A stretch of 32,000 nucleotides of DNA from Candidatus Pelagibacter sp. HTCC7211. Lineage in GTDB: Bacteria > Pseudomonadota > Alphaproteobacteria > Pelagibacterales > Pelagibacteraceae. Within the stretch, counting starts at the first letter, position 1, and each line of letters starts with the position of its first letter. The notes under the pieces are model-generated. The model was not told the origin of the DNA, did not search any database, and saw only the letters and a program-made list of their open reading frames with translations. A program made the translations under genes and the position numbers. Below are positions 7,961-15,774 of this stretch, in pieces. The stretch spans positions 1,170,001-1,202,000 of the forward strand of contig NZ_DS995298.1 of the NCBI RefSeq assembly GCF_000155895.1. The letters are read 5' to 3'.

Positions 7961-8704
7961 ATGATCGAGAAAAAAATGAATTTTTCACTAGAAATTGGTC
8001 CTAAAACTGACCTTGAAACGTTACCTCCGGTTAAGGATGTTTACGTCACAATGCTACCTGGTGGAGACTATAAAGAGACTTCAGATCAATCTATTGAACT
8101 TGTAAAAAAAGGTTTTAATCCTGTGCCTCATTTTCCCGCAAGATCAATTGAAAACGATTCTGAGCTAAAAGATTACGTTTCAAGATGTAAAGACGGTGGA
8201 GTAAAACAAGCATTAATAATTGGTGGTGGTAGAGAACCAATGGGAAAATTTGATAGTTCATTTCAACTTTTAGAAACAGGTTATTTTGAAAATATGAAAA
8301 TAGGAATTGCTGGGCATCCCGAGGGAAGTCCTGACATATCCGATACCGATTTAGACAAAGCTATGATGGATAAAAAGCCTTATGCTGATTATATAGTAAC
8401 TCAGTGGTTATTAGACCCTCAGCCTATCATAGATTTTATTTCTAAACAAAGCGTACCAGTACATGTTGGAATTACTGGACCTCTAAAAATATCAAGCTTA
8501 ATAAAGTTTGCTAATATTGTTGGAGCAAAAAATTCCTTAAATTTTCTTAAATCTAATTTTAGTAAGGCGTTAGATTTATTGAAACCTAAAGACCCTAATG
8601 ATTTAATTGGGAAAGTTAAATCGCATACTGATAACTTCCACATTTATACATTCGGCGGCTTGAAGGAAACAAACAAGTGGTTGAAGGAGAATAGTTATGT
8701 CTAA
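7961..8704 (+). CDS. metF: Methylenetetrahydrofolate reductase family protein (MetF-like)
   Basis: By-eye matches to MetF blocks: FSLEIGPK, VYVTMLPGG, PHFPAR, ALIIGGG, IAGHPEGSPD, YIVTQWLLDP, VHVGITGP, FHIYTFGG. The track start at 7937 is a TTG. In-frame ATGs at 7961 and 7976 are more likely, so the start is uncertain by up to 39 nt. Confidence 0.75.
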   Translation: MIEKKMNFSLEIGPKTDLETLPPVKDVYVTMLPGGDYKETSDQSIELVKKGFNPVPHFPARSIENDSELKDYVSRCKDGGVKQALIIGGGREPMGKFDSSFQLLETGYFENMKIGIAGHPEGSPDISDTDLDKAMMDKKPYADYIVTQWLLDPQPIIDFISKQSVPVHVGITGPLKISSLIKFANIVGAKNSLNFLKSNFSKALDLLKPKDPNDLIGKVKSHTDNFHIYTFGGLKETNKWLKENSYV

Positions 8705-10055
8705 TGAATTTGACTATACTAAACTAAAACATGTTACTTCAGTTGATCAATCAGATCGTGCAGTACCATATAATTTAAGACAAAGTGGGCCAACTAAAGT
8801 TGAAATGCTTATCTCAACAAGGGTAAGAAAATCACCTTATTGGCATTTATCAATGCAGGCAGGTTGTTGGAGAGCAACTGTTTACAATCGTATTTATCAC
8901 CCAAGAGGATATGTAAAACCAGAAGATGGTGGAGCAATGGTTGAGTATGATGCAATTGTAAATCACGTTACTATGTGGAACGTTGCTGTTGAAAGACAAA
9001 TAAGAGTTAAAGGTCCGGATGCAGAAAAATTTACAGACTATGTAATAACGAGAGATGCAACAAAAATTTCTCCGATGAGAGCAAGATATGTGATTTTGTG
9101 TAATGCTTATGGAGGAGTATTAAATGATCCAATCCTACTTAGAATTGCTGAAGATGAATTTTGGTTTTCATTATCAGACTCTGATATTGGTATGTACCTT
9201 CAAGGTGTAAATGCTGATGGAAGATTTGATTGTACAATTGAGGAAATTGATGTCAGTCCTGTGCAGATACAAGGACCAAAATCAAAAGCTTTAATGAAAG
9301 ACCTTTGTGGAGATCAAGTTGATTTTGATAATATGCCTTTCTACGGCTTAGCGGAAGTAAAAGTTGGTGGAAGAAGTTGTATAATTTCTCAATCTGGTTT
9401 CTCTGGAGAAGCTGGATATGAAATTTATCTAAGAGACTCGACTTTATACGCTGAGGATATGTGGAATGCTGTTCTTGAAGCAGGTAAAAAACATAGCCTA
9501 ATGGTTATTGCTCCTGCTCACCATAGAAGAATTCAAGCTGGAATTCTTTCATGGGGTCAAGATATGGATCAACAACACAATCCTTTTCAGTGTAACTTAG
9601 GTTATCAAGTTTCTTTATCTGGAAAAGGTGAATGGTCTAAAAAAGGTGACTATGTCGGTAAAGCTGCATTAGAAAAAATGGGTGCTGAACTTAAAGATGG
9701 CAAAAAACCTTATAAGCTTCAATTAGTTGGACTTGAATTAGGTGGAAAACCTATTGAAGAGTACGCTCCTGATTTTTGGCTAGTATCACCAGAGAGTGGT
9801 GGAGATCCTGTTGGATTTATAACTTCTCCTTGGTATCACCCAGAAAAAAAACAAAACATAGCAATGGGATATGTGCCGTTTGATGGAACATTAAATGCAA
9901 ATGGTTTTCCAAAAGGTAAGGTTGGAACTAAATTTAAAGTTCACCTGCCTGAAAAATACTCTGACACACCAGGAACTCCTGTTGATGCAGTTGTAGTAGA
10001 TATTCCATTTAAAGAGTCTTTCAACGCAAATACTAGAGAAGTTGTAAAAGGCTAA
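8697..10055 (+). CDS. GcvT-family THF-dependent aminomethyltransferase/demethylase (LigM/DesA/DmdA-like)
   Basis: FSGEAGYEIY GcvT signature and a VKGPDA motif. The 452-aa length and long N-terminal extension resemble aromatic O-demethylases LigM/DesA more than my recollection of DmdA (about 370 aa). It overlaps the metF-like stop by 8 nt. Confidence 0.75.
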   Translation: MSNEFDYTKLKHVTSVDQSDRAVPYNLRQSGPTKVEMLISTRVRKSPYWHLSMQAGCWRATVYNRIYHPRGYVKPEDGGAMVEYDAIVNHVTMWNVAVERQIRVKGPDAEKFTDYVITRDATKISPMRARYVILCNAYGGVLNDPILLRIAEDEFWFSLSDSDIGMYLQGVNADGRFDCTIEEIDVSPVQIQGPKSKALMKDLCGDQVDFDNMPFYGLAEVKVGGRSCIISQSGFSGEAGYEIYLRDSTLYAEDMWNAVLEAGKKHSLMVIAPAHHRRIQAGILSWGQDMDQQHNPFQCNLGYQVSLSGKGEWSKKGDYVGKAALEKMGAELKDGKKPYKLQLVGLELGGKPIEEYAPDFWLVSPESGGDPVGFITSPWYHPEKKQNIAMGYVPFDGTLNANGFPKGKVGTKFKVHLPEKYSDTPGTPVDAVVVDIPFKESFNANTREVVKG

Positions 10056-10064
10056 ATTTATTTT

Positions 10065-10096
10065 GGGGGAGCAAATTAAAGCTCCCCCATTTCTTC
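10065..10096 (+). terminator. Rho-independent terminator-type hairpin
   Basis: GGGGGAGC (10065-10072), 8-nt loop, GCTCCCCC (10081-10088), then the T-rich ATTTCTTC. It starts 10 nt after the GcvT-family stop codon and is the only GC-rich hairpin I found in the window. Confidence 0.75.
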
Positions 10097-10097
10097 A

Positions 10098-10199
10098 ATG
10101 ACAAAGGGTTTTTTGATAGTAATTTGCATTATCATTGCGATTGCTTTAATAGTATTCCCATTATTAGTTTCATATAAAGCACAAAAGAATAAAAAATAA
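10098..10199 (+). CDS. 33-aa single-pass membrane mini-protein (below the ORF-track cutoff)
   Basis: My translation: MTKGFLIVICIIIAIALIVFPLLVSYKAQKNKK, a hydrophobic helix with a basic C-terminal tail. Its TAA overlaps the ATG of the next gene (TAATG at 10197-10201). Confidence 0.45.
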   Translation: MTKGFLIVICIIIAIALIVFPLLVSYKAQKNKK

Positions 10200-10744
10200 T
10201 GTTTGCCGAATTTTTAAGTATAGTTTTTAAATCTATAAAATTAGATAAATCTTTATATTCAGATAATAAAAATTTTGGTGAAGCTTCTATTTATTTTGCT
10301 GGGATAATAATGATTTTAGATGGGATCGCGGGTGCTGTTGCTGCTAACACAGTAATTAAAACAGCAGTTGCTATGTCTGGACTTACATCAATTTTAACTT
10401 GGTTAGTTTGGGCAATCTTTATTTATGTGATTGGTGTTAAACTTTTTCCAGACAAAAAAGCAAAGGTTCCTTTTAAAAAAGTTTTAACAGCAGTTGGGTT
10501 TGCTCATGCACCTGGTTTACTTAGATTTTTCGCAGTAACACCCAATATGATGATACCGATTATTTTTCTGACACAATTTTGGATTTTTGCAGGATTAATT
10601 ATTTCTACAAAGCAAGTATTGGGCTTAAAATCTAACATAAAATCTTTTGGTATAGTTTTTTTATCGTTTTTAATTATAGCATTCTTATCAATTTCTTTTG
10701 TAATGAGCAGAATGAATATGTTGCCTGTTAGCCAGATTAGCTAG
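10199..10744 (+). CDS. Yip1-domain-like polytopic membrane protein
   Basis: 181 aa with about five hydrophobic segments. The layout resembles bacterial Yip1/DUF1282-type membrane proteins. No catalytic motifs seen. Confidence 0.5.
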   Translation: MFAEFLSIVFKSIKLDKSLYSDNKNFGEASIYFAGIIMILDGIAGAVAANTVIKTAVAMSGLTSILTWLVWAIFIYVIGVKLFPDKKAKVPFKKVLTAVGFAHAPGLLRFFAVTPNMMIPIIFLTQFWIFAGLIISTKQVLGLKSNIKSFGIVFLSFLIIAFLSISFVMSRMNMLPVSQIS

Positions 10745-10908
10745 ATTGGAAAAATAGTCTTAGATACCCTACAAGACGAACAAAGCTTATAACTAGTTAA
10801 AATTAAATTTTGAGACACACTTTCATCTTCTTTTTTGCATTCTTCACAAACATTATCTAGTTCTTTGATAATTTCAGAATTATTGCTTTTGTCTGATTCA
10901 TCAGTCAT
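10741..10908 (-). CDS. 55-aa acidic mini-protein with a CxxC...CxxC (zinc-ribbon-like) motif
   Basis: MTDESDKSNNSEIIKELDNVCEECKKEDESVSQNLILTSYKLCSSCRVSKTIFPI. I trimmed the start to the ATG at 10908, which overlaps the upstream gene's stop by 8 nt (ATGACTGA). The longer track ORF (to 10953) would overlap that gene by 53 nt. Confidence 0.5.
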   Translation of the reverse strand: MTDESDKSNNSEIIKELDNVCEECKKEDESVSQNLILTSYKLCSSCRVSKTIFPI

Positions 10909-11509
10909 TATCTGTAAGGCCAGCTCCTGCTCCACTCTGTTTAAGACTATCACTTTCTTCTACAAATGTATTTTCAGCTAATTTGTATAAACTATTCCAA
11001 TCTGAGTCTGTAAAGTTGTCTTTGTTATCTAAAAGTTTTACCTCTAAATTATTTGAATGTTTACTGAAGTCCTTATTAAATCCATTCGAAAAAATATTTA
11101 CATTTAAGTTAAGTAAAATTTCATTTTGATCAAATTTAACATATATTTTTTTTCCACTTACTTCAGATGCTCTGCTTAAAAATGACAAAAAAATTATTGG
11201 ATACGCAATCTTTTTAAAGTGTATCGTGTCAAAATTCTCTATTGCTTTAATTTGATCTAAAAAACTAACACCAAGTGTAATTGGACAGAAAGCTTCTTGA
11301 GCAATATTTTTCTCACTGATTGAATTTAAATTTTCAAATTTTTTTATTTCTCTTTCTTTGTAATACTGATTTAAATTTTTTATTCCTGCTAATCCAAATA
11401 ACTCTAATAATCTTATAGACTTTCCAACTTCCTCAGAAACTCCCCAAGAAAAACCTACTGCCCTACTAGCTCTTTTAACTGCAGTTTCAATTTCACTTAA
11501 AGATCTCAT
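10901..11509 (-). CDS. Hypothetical 202-aa protein (from memory resembles ~200-aa DUF3726-type alphaproteobacterial proteins; unverified)
   Basis: Intact ORF 2 nt after the upstream stop. N-terminus SLSEIETAVKRASRAVGFSWGVSEEVGKSIRLLELFGLAG; Gly/Ala-rich acidic tail SGAGAGLTDND. No catalytic motif recognised. Confidence 0.6.
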   Translation of the reverse strand: MRSLSEIETAVKRASRAVGFSWGVSEEVGKSIRLLELFGLAGIKNLNQYYKEREIKKFENLNSISEKNIAQEAFCPITLGVSFLDQIKAIENFDTIHFKKIAYPIIFLSFLSRASEVSGKKIYVKFDQNEILLNLNVNIFSNGFNKDFSKHSNNLEVKLLDNKDNFTDSDWNSLYKLAENTFVEESDSLKQSGAGAGLTDND

Positions 11510-11511
11510 TA

Positions 11512-13179
11512 TTAATTGTTAGCTTTATAAACCCATTGCTCGTCATAGTTTTTTAATTCATTTGGTAGTGGCGCACCTTGGAACATACAAATTCTTAGCC
11601 ATTTATCTGATCTAGGGTCAAATTTTAACGCACCAAAAAAAGATAATTTAAGTCTAAGCATATCAATAGGGACAATACTTTTACCAATTGTATTGTCTTG
11701 AATCTCAGAATATGGAAATTTTTCAATTATAAAAGCTCTTCTAACAACATGTCTTAAATCTGAGTTCGATGATAAAAATTGAGCAATTGTTGTGTCATTT
11801 TTTAAAGAAAGTAATTGCTCATAAAGTTTTTTTATATCCCTTGCTATAGCTAGAGGTTGTTCTAATTCAGATCCATGTTCTTCAAACCTGTCAGCCATCC
11901 TAGGCTCTTCTTTGTTTTTTGATATAAACCAGAAATTTTGATTATTTTCTTTTTGATCAAAATTTATATCCAAAATATTTGGATATCTAGTTTTAATAAT
12001 TTCCATTAATTCTTGCGTTGTTCGATTGGTTGGAATATTAAAATACTTTTCTTCTTCAGAGCTCATATTGCTAACTAAAGGCTCGGTAATATCGTTATAA
12101 GGCTCCATCATTATAGAGACTACGTATTCTATACATTCCTCGCATGAATTCTGCTCTAACCACAAATATATCTGATTAAATGGAAACTCAGACTGAAAAT
12201 CAAAATCATTTTCAACATGATTGATCAATTTTTTAACATCTCTTAATAATAATCTAATTTTATTCTGTTGATATTCACTGTCTGTATTCCAGCTAGTAAT
12301 ATTTTTTAATGATTTTTTTAAACAATCTTTAAAAAGTTGACTGTCTTGATTTTTAACAATTTCAATTTCTCTAATCTTTTTTAATGCTATTTCTCTACTT
12401 AAAATCCAATTATTTAACAATGTTGGGTGATTAACTATAAAAGGAGCCATACCAAGACCAGTAGAGTTTCCAATACCTAAATTTTTACAAATTTGATTAT
12501 CTAGTTTTACTGCTGTTTTGGGATTTATATTATGAGCAACATGGTTTACCTGATCAAACGTAAATTGTCTTACTAAATAAACTAACATCATTTCTAATCT
12601 AAAAGGACCGTTAATTTCCTCTCTATTTTTAATCCGAAATCTATCTGCTAGACCAAATTTTCCAGATCCATAAACTGCTGTAGTTCTGTATAAATAACCA
12701 ACTTTTGACAATAAATCTAAATCAGGTTGTTTACCCTCACTTAAATTTTTCACAACATGATTAAAAACTCTAATAGACTTATTTGCTCTTGATAAAGTTA
12801 ACTCTTTAAATGTAAGTCTACCTATTTCTTGTTTAGGGACCTCGTTTTTTAATCTTTTAATATCATCTTTACTGGGTACACCGTCATAAAGTGTAAAAGC
12901 AGCATCCCACTTAGTAGCTATTACTCTATCGGATCTTTCTTCATCTTCAATCTTATTGGCAAAACAAACTAATGAATAAACTCTATCTTTTTTTTTAAAT
13001 GAATATATTGCCTCTCCATAACCATCTTTATCTAAGTTAAATAAATCTCTATTATAATCCCAATCTTTGAATTCACTTAAAAAACTTCTTAAAAAAGATA
13101 GTTTTGATTGGTGAAATGATCCTAATCTAGATAATTTCATTATTGTGTTTGGGTCTCTTAATTCAACTTTCATAATCAA
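11512..13179 (-). CDS. Hypothetical 555-aa protein, no family recognised
   Basis: Long intact ORF in a stop-codon-rich AT genome. Its ATG overlaps the M19 gene stop (ATGA, 13176-13179). No P-loop, Rossmann or metal motif that I can name. Conserved-looking blocks: RTTAVYGSGKFGLADRF and NLGIGNSTGLGMAPFIVNHP. Confidence 0.65.
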   Translation of the reverse strand: MIMKVELRDPNTIMKLSRLGSFHQSKLSFLRSFLSEFKDWDYNRDLFNLDKDGYGEAIYSFKKKDRVYSLVCFANKIEDEERSDRVIATKWDAAFTLYDGVPSKDDIKRLKNEVPKQEIGRLTFKELTLSRANKSIRVFNHVVKNLSEGKQPDLDLLSKVGYLYRTTAVYGSGKFGLADRFRIKNREEINGPFRLEMMLVYLVRQFTFDQVNHVAHNINPKTAVKLDNQICKNLGIGNSTGLGMAPFIVNHPTLLNNWILSREIALKKIREIEIVKNQDSQLFKDCLKKSLKNITSWNTDSEYQQNKIRLLLRDVKKLINHVENDFDFQSEFPFNQIYLWLEQNSCEECIEYVVSIMMEPYNDITEPLVSNMSSEEEKYFNIPTNRTTQELMEIIKTRYPNILDINFDQKENNQNFWFISKNKEEPRMADRFEEHGSELEQPLAIARDIKKLYEQLLSLKNDTTIAQFLSSNSDLRHVVRRAFIIEKFPYSEIQDNTIGKSIVPIDMLRLKLSFFGALKFDPRSDKWLRICMFQGAPLPNELKNYDEQWVYKANN

Positions 13180-14141
13180 ATTGATTTATAAAAATTGTAC
13201 CAATTATTTCCAAGTATTCCTTGTGTCTCACTGTCTGAAAACCCTGCTTTTTTAAGACCATTTTCAATATTTTTAAATCCTCTAGCATCCTCAAACCATT
13301 CTGGTTGTTTTGGAAAACCAGGTTTGTTTTTAGATCCTTCTCCATAATTTTTGCTTTTAGACCAAGTGCCATTTCTCATCCATTCAACAACTGTATCGGC
13401 TTGATTTAAACAAAGGTCTGATCCAATACCAATATTTTTTATTTCCATAATTTCTGCTGTTCTTGCAACCATCTCGCAAAAACTCTCAATTGTGCAATTA
13501 GTATTATTTTTTAAATGATGTGGATATAAAGACAAACCTAGCATACCTCCACTTTCACTTAATGTTTTTAACAGTTCATTAGATTTATTTCTTTTTGCAG
13601 CGTGCCAAAAAGATGGATTAGCATGAGTAATAGCTATTGGTTTTTCACTTAATTCTATTGCATCAAATGTACTTTTCTCTGCTGAATGAGACATATCAAT
13701 AACAATGCCAACTCTATTCATTTCTTTAATAACTTCACGACCAAAATTAGTTACACCACTATCTATTTTTTCATAACAGCCAGTTGCGAGTAATGACTGA
13801 TTATTATAAGTCAGTTGCATAAATCTACATCCCAACGAATGTACTTTTTCTACTAAACTAATATCATCTTCAATGGGTGAACAATTTTGAAACCCAAAAA
13901 AAATTGCTGTTTTTTTTTCAACGTTTGCTTTTTCGATATCTTTAAAATCATTGCCTAAAAAAATTAAATCTGAGTTTTCTGAAAAGAGTTTTTCCCATTT
14001 TTTAGTTTCACCTACTAACTCATCAAAATCTTCATGATAAACAATAGTTACGTGAACTGCGTCTAGATTTGCCTCTCTATTGAATTCAAAGATCTCTCTA
14101 GACCAATTACAATATTGTAGATTATCTATTTTAAAATTCAT
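13176..14141 (-). CDS. M19 (renal/membrane dipeptidase) fold amidohydrolase homolog with a non-canonical metal site
   Basis: Aligns by eye to DPEP1 blocks: VIDMSHS (His198 block), IAITHANP (His219 block), IGIGSDL (Asp288 block), MQLTYNNQS (LTLTHSCN block). However, IDNLQY replaces IDGHND and GFQNC replaces GVEGG. Confidence 0.75.
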   Translation of the reverse strand: MNFKIDNLQYCNWSREIFEFNREANLDAVHVTIVYHEDFDELVGETKKWEKLFSENSDLIFLGNDFKDIEKANVEKKTAIFFGFQNCSPIEDDISLVEKVHSLGCRFMQLTYNNQSLLATGCYEKIDSGVTNFGREVIKEMNRVGIVIDMSHSAEKSTFDAIELSEKPIAITHANPSFWHAAKRNKSNELLKTLSESGGMLGLSLYPHHLKNNTNCTIESFCEMVARTAEIMEIKNIGIGSDLCLNQADTVVEWMRNGTWSKSKNYGEGSKNKPGFPKQPEWFEDARGFKNIENGLKKAGFSDSETQGILGNNWYNFYKSI

Positions 14142-14233
14142 AAAGTACCAATTCTAATCAATATGTTTTTAAATACTATTAATTTTATTGAAATTTTGAG
14201 TTTATTTTGAAATAAAGATTTTGGTAAAATTTC

Positions 14234-14725
14234 ATGAAAAAAAATAAATCATTAAAAGTTTCAATAGTAATGGGTAGTCAGTCTGACTATAAAATTATGC
14301 ATCTTGCAGAAAAAACACTAAAAAAAATAGGTGTACCTTTTGAGATTAAAATCATATCAGCGCACAGAACTCCAAAAAGAATGTACGATTATGCTCTAGC
14401 AACTAAAAGAAATAATATTGGTGTAATTATAGCTGGAGCAGGTGGTTCTGCTCATTTACCAGGAATGATATCTGCATTAACATCTTTACCAGTTCTAGGA
14501 GTACCAATTGAAAGTAAAAAATTAAAAGGTTTAGATAGCTTATTATCTATAGTTCAAATGCCTAAAGGTATCCCAGTTGGTACACTTGCCATCGGTGAAG
14601 ATGGCGCAATAAATGCTGCGTTACTTGCAGCTTCAATTATTGGAAATAATAATCAATCAATAAAAAATAAATTAAATAATTGGAGAGCAGCTCAAACAAA
14701 ATCTGTAAAAAAAAAACCTAAATAA
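14234..14725 (+). CDS. purE: N5-carboxyaminoimidazole ribonucleotide mutase
   Basis: GSQSD, SAHRTP and AGGSAHLPGM class I PurE motifs. 163 aa, followed by purK. Confidence 0.95.
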   Translation: MKKNKSLKVSIVMGSQSDYKIMHLAEKTLKKIGVPFEIKIISAHRTPKRMYDYALATKRNNIGVIIAGAGGSAHLPGMISALTSLPVLGVPIESKKLKGLDSLLSIVQMPKGIPVGTLAIGEDGAINAALLAASIIGNNNQSIKNKLNNWRAAQTKSVKKKPK

Positions 14726-14727
14726 AA

Positions 14728-15774
14728 ATGTCCGATATTACACTTGGAATAATTGGTGGTGGTCAACTTGGAAGTATGATGGCCATAGCTGCTAAAAAAT
14801 TAAATATTACAACTATAATTTTTTGTGATGATGTTGACGCACCAGCTCAAAACTTTTGTAATAATTTTATTTGTGGAAATTATGATGACAAAGAAAAAAT
14901 CGCTGAATTTGTAAAACTTGTAGACATAGTTACTTTTGAATTTGAAAATATTCCCTATGAAACTCTAAATGAAATTAATAAATTAAAACCAGTTTTACCA
15001 AAACCTGCTGTTAATAGACTTATTCAACACAGGTTAGCTGAAAAAGATTTTATCAACAAATTAAATATAAGAACAACTAGGTACGTCTCTATTGAAAAAA
15101 AATCTGATTTAGATTCTCTTGAAGATTTTTTACCTGGAATTTTAAAAACTACTACACTTGGATATGATGGAAAAGGTCAACATCCTATTCATTCTATTGA
15201 TGAGCTAAATTCACTTAATATAGATTTTTCTAAAGGATATATTCTTGAGAAATTAGTAAAATTAAAAAAAGAAATTTCAATAATAATAACCAGATTTGAA
15301 AATCAAAAATATGAGATTTATGAACCTATTGAAAATACTCATCAAGATCAAATTTTAAGAAACTCAAAAATACCTGCTGATATTGATAATAAAATTTTTG
15401 AGCAATCAAAAGATTGGGCTATGACAATTTCTGAGGAGCTAAAATATGTAGGCACATTATGTGTAGAATTTTTTATCGACAGAAATGATAATCTTTATGT
15501 TAACGAAATTGCGCCAAGAGTTCATAACTCAGGTCATTTAACAATTAATGCTTATAATATTAGCCAATTTGAAAATCATGTAAGAGCAGTATGTGGACTG
15601 GAACAAATTCCATTAAAAAAGATTTCTAACGCTAAAATGATAAATCTTATTGGAGATGAAATTTCAAAGTACAGAAAAATATCAAAATTGAATGATAATG
15701 AATTTTTCTTTGATTATCTAAAAAAAGAGATAAAAGACAAAAGAAAAATGGGACATCTAACTACGTTAATTTAA
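14728..15774 (+). CDS. purK: N5-carboxyaminoimidazole ribonucleotide synthase (ATP-grasp)
   Basis: GIIGGGQLG N-terminus and the EIAPRVHNSGH PurK signature. 2 nt after purE. Confidence 0.92.
   Translation: MSDITLGIIGGGQLGSMMAIAAKKLNITTIIFCDDVDAPAQNFCNNFICGNYDDKEKIAEFVKLVDIVTFEFENIPYETLNEINKLKPVLPKPAVNRLIQHRLAEKDFINKLNIRTTRYVSIEKKSDLDSLEDFLPGILKTTTLGYDGKGQHPIHSIDELNSLNIDFSKGYILEKLVKLKKEISIIITRFENQKYEIYEPIENTHQDQILRNSKIPADIDNKIFEQSKDWAMTISEELKYVGTLCVEFFIDRNDNLYVNEIAPRVHNSGHLTINAYNISQFENHVRAVCGLEQIPLKKISNAKMINLIGDEISKYRKISKLNDNEFFFDYLKKEIKDKRKMGHLTTLI

Noticed and set aside
8419-8643. Minus-strand 74-aa ORF inside the metF-like gene.
   Set aside because: Antisense to a motif-supported gene.
8697-10055. 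Calling the GcvT-family protein DmdA (DMSP demethylase).
   Set aside because: Its 452-aa length and N-terminal extension do not fit my recollection of DmdA (about 370 aa). The metF linkage resembles the LigM/DesA systems. I left it unassigned rather than naming it.
10909-10953. Longer 70-aa version of the mini-protein ORF.
   Set aside because: It would overlap the 202-aa gene by 53 nt. The internal ATG at 10908 gives the 8-nt coupling overlap typical of this window.
13163-13372. Minus-strand 69-aa ORF overlapping the 3' end of the M19 gene in another frame.
   Set aside because: It lies entirely within or overlapping two better-supported genes and has no motifs.
14142-14233. A promoter for purE (TTGAAA-N17-AATAAA; TGGTAAAAT close to the ATG) and a 15-codon ORF from 14163.
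   Set aside because: The -10 candidates lack the key final T or sit too close to the start codon. Such hexamers are expected by chance in ~90 nt of AT-rich DNA.
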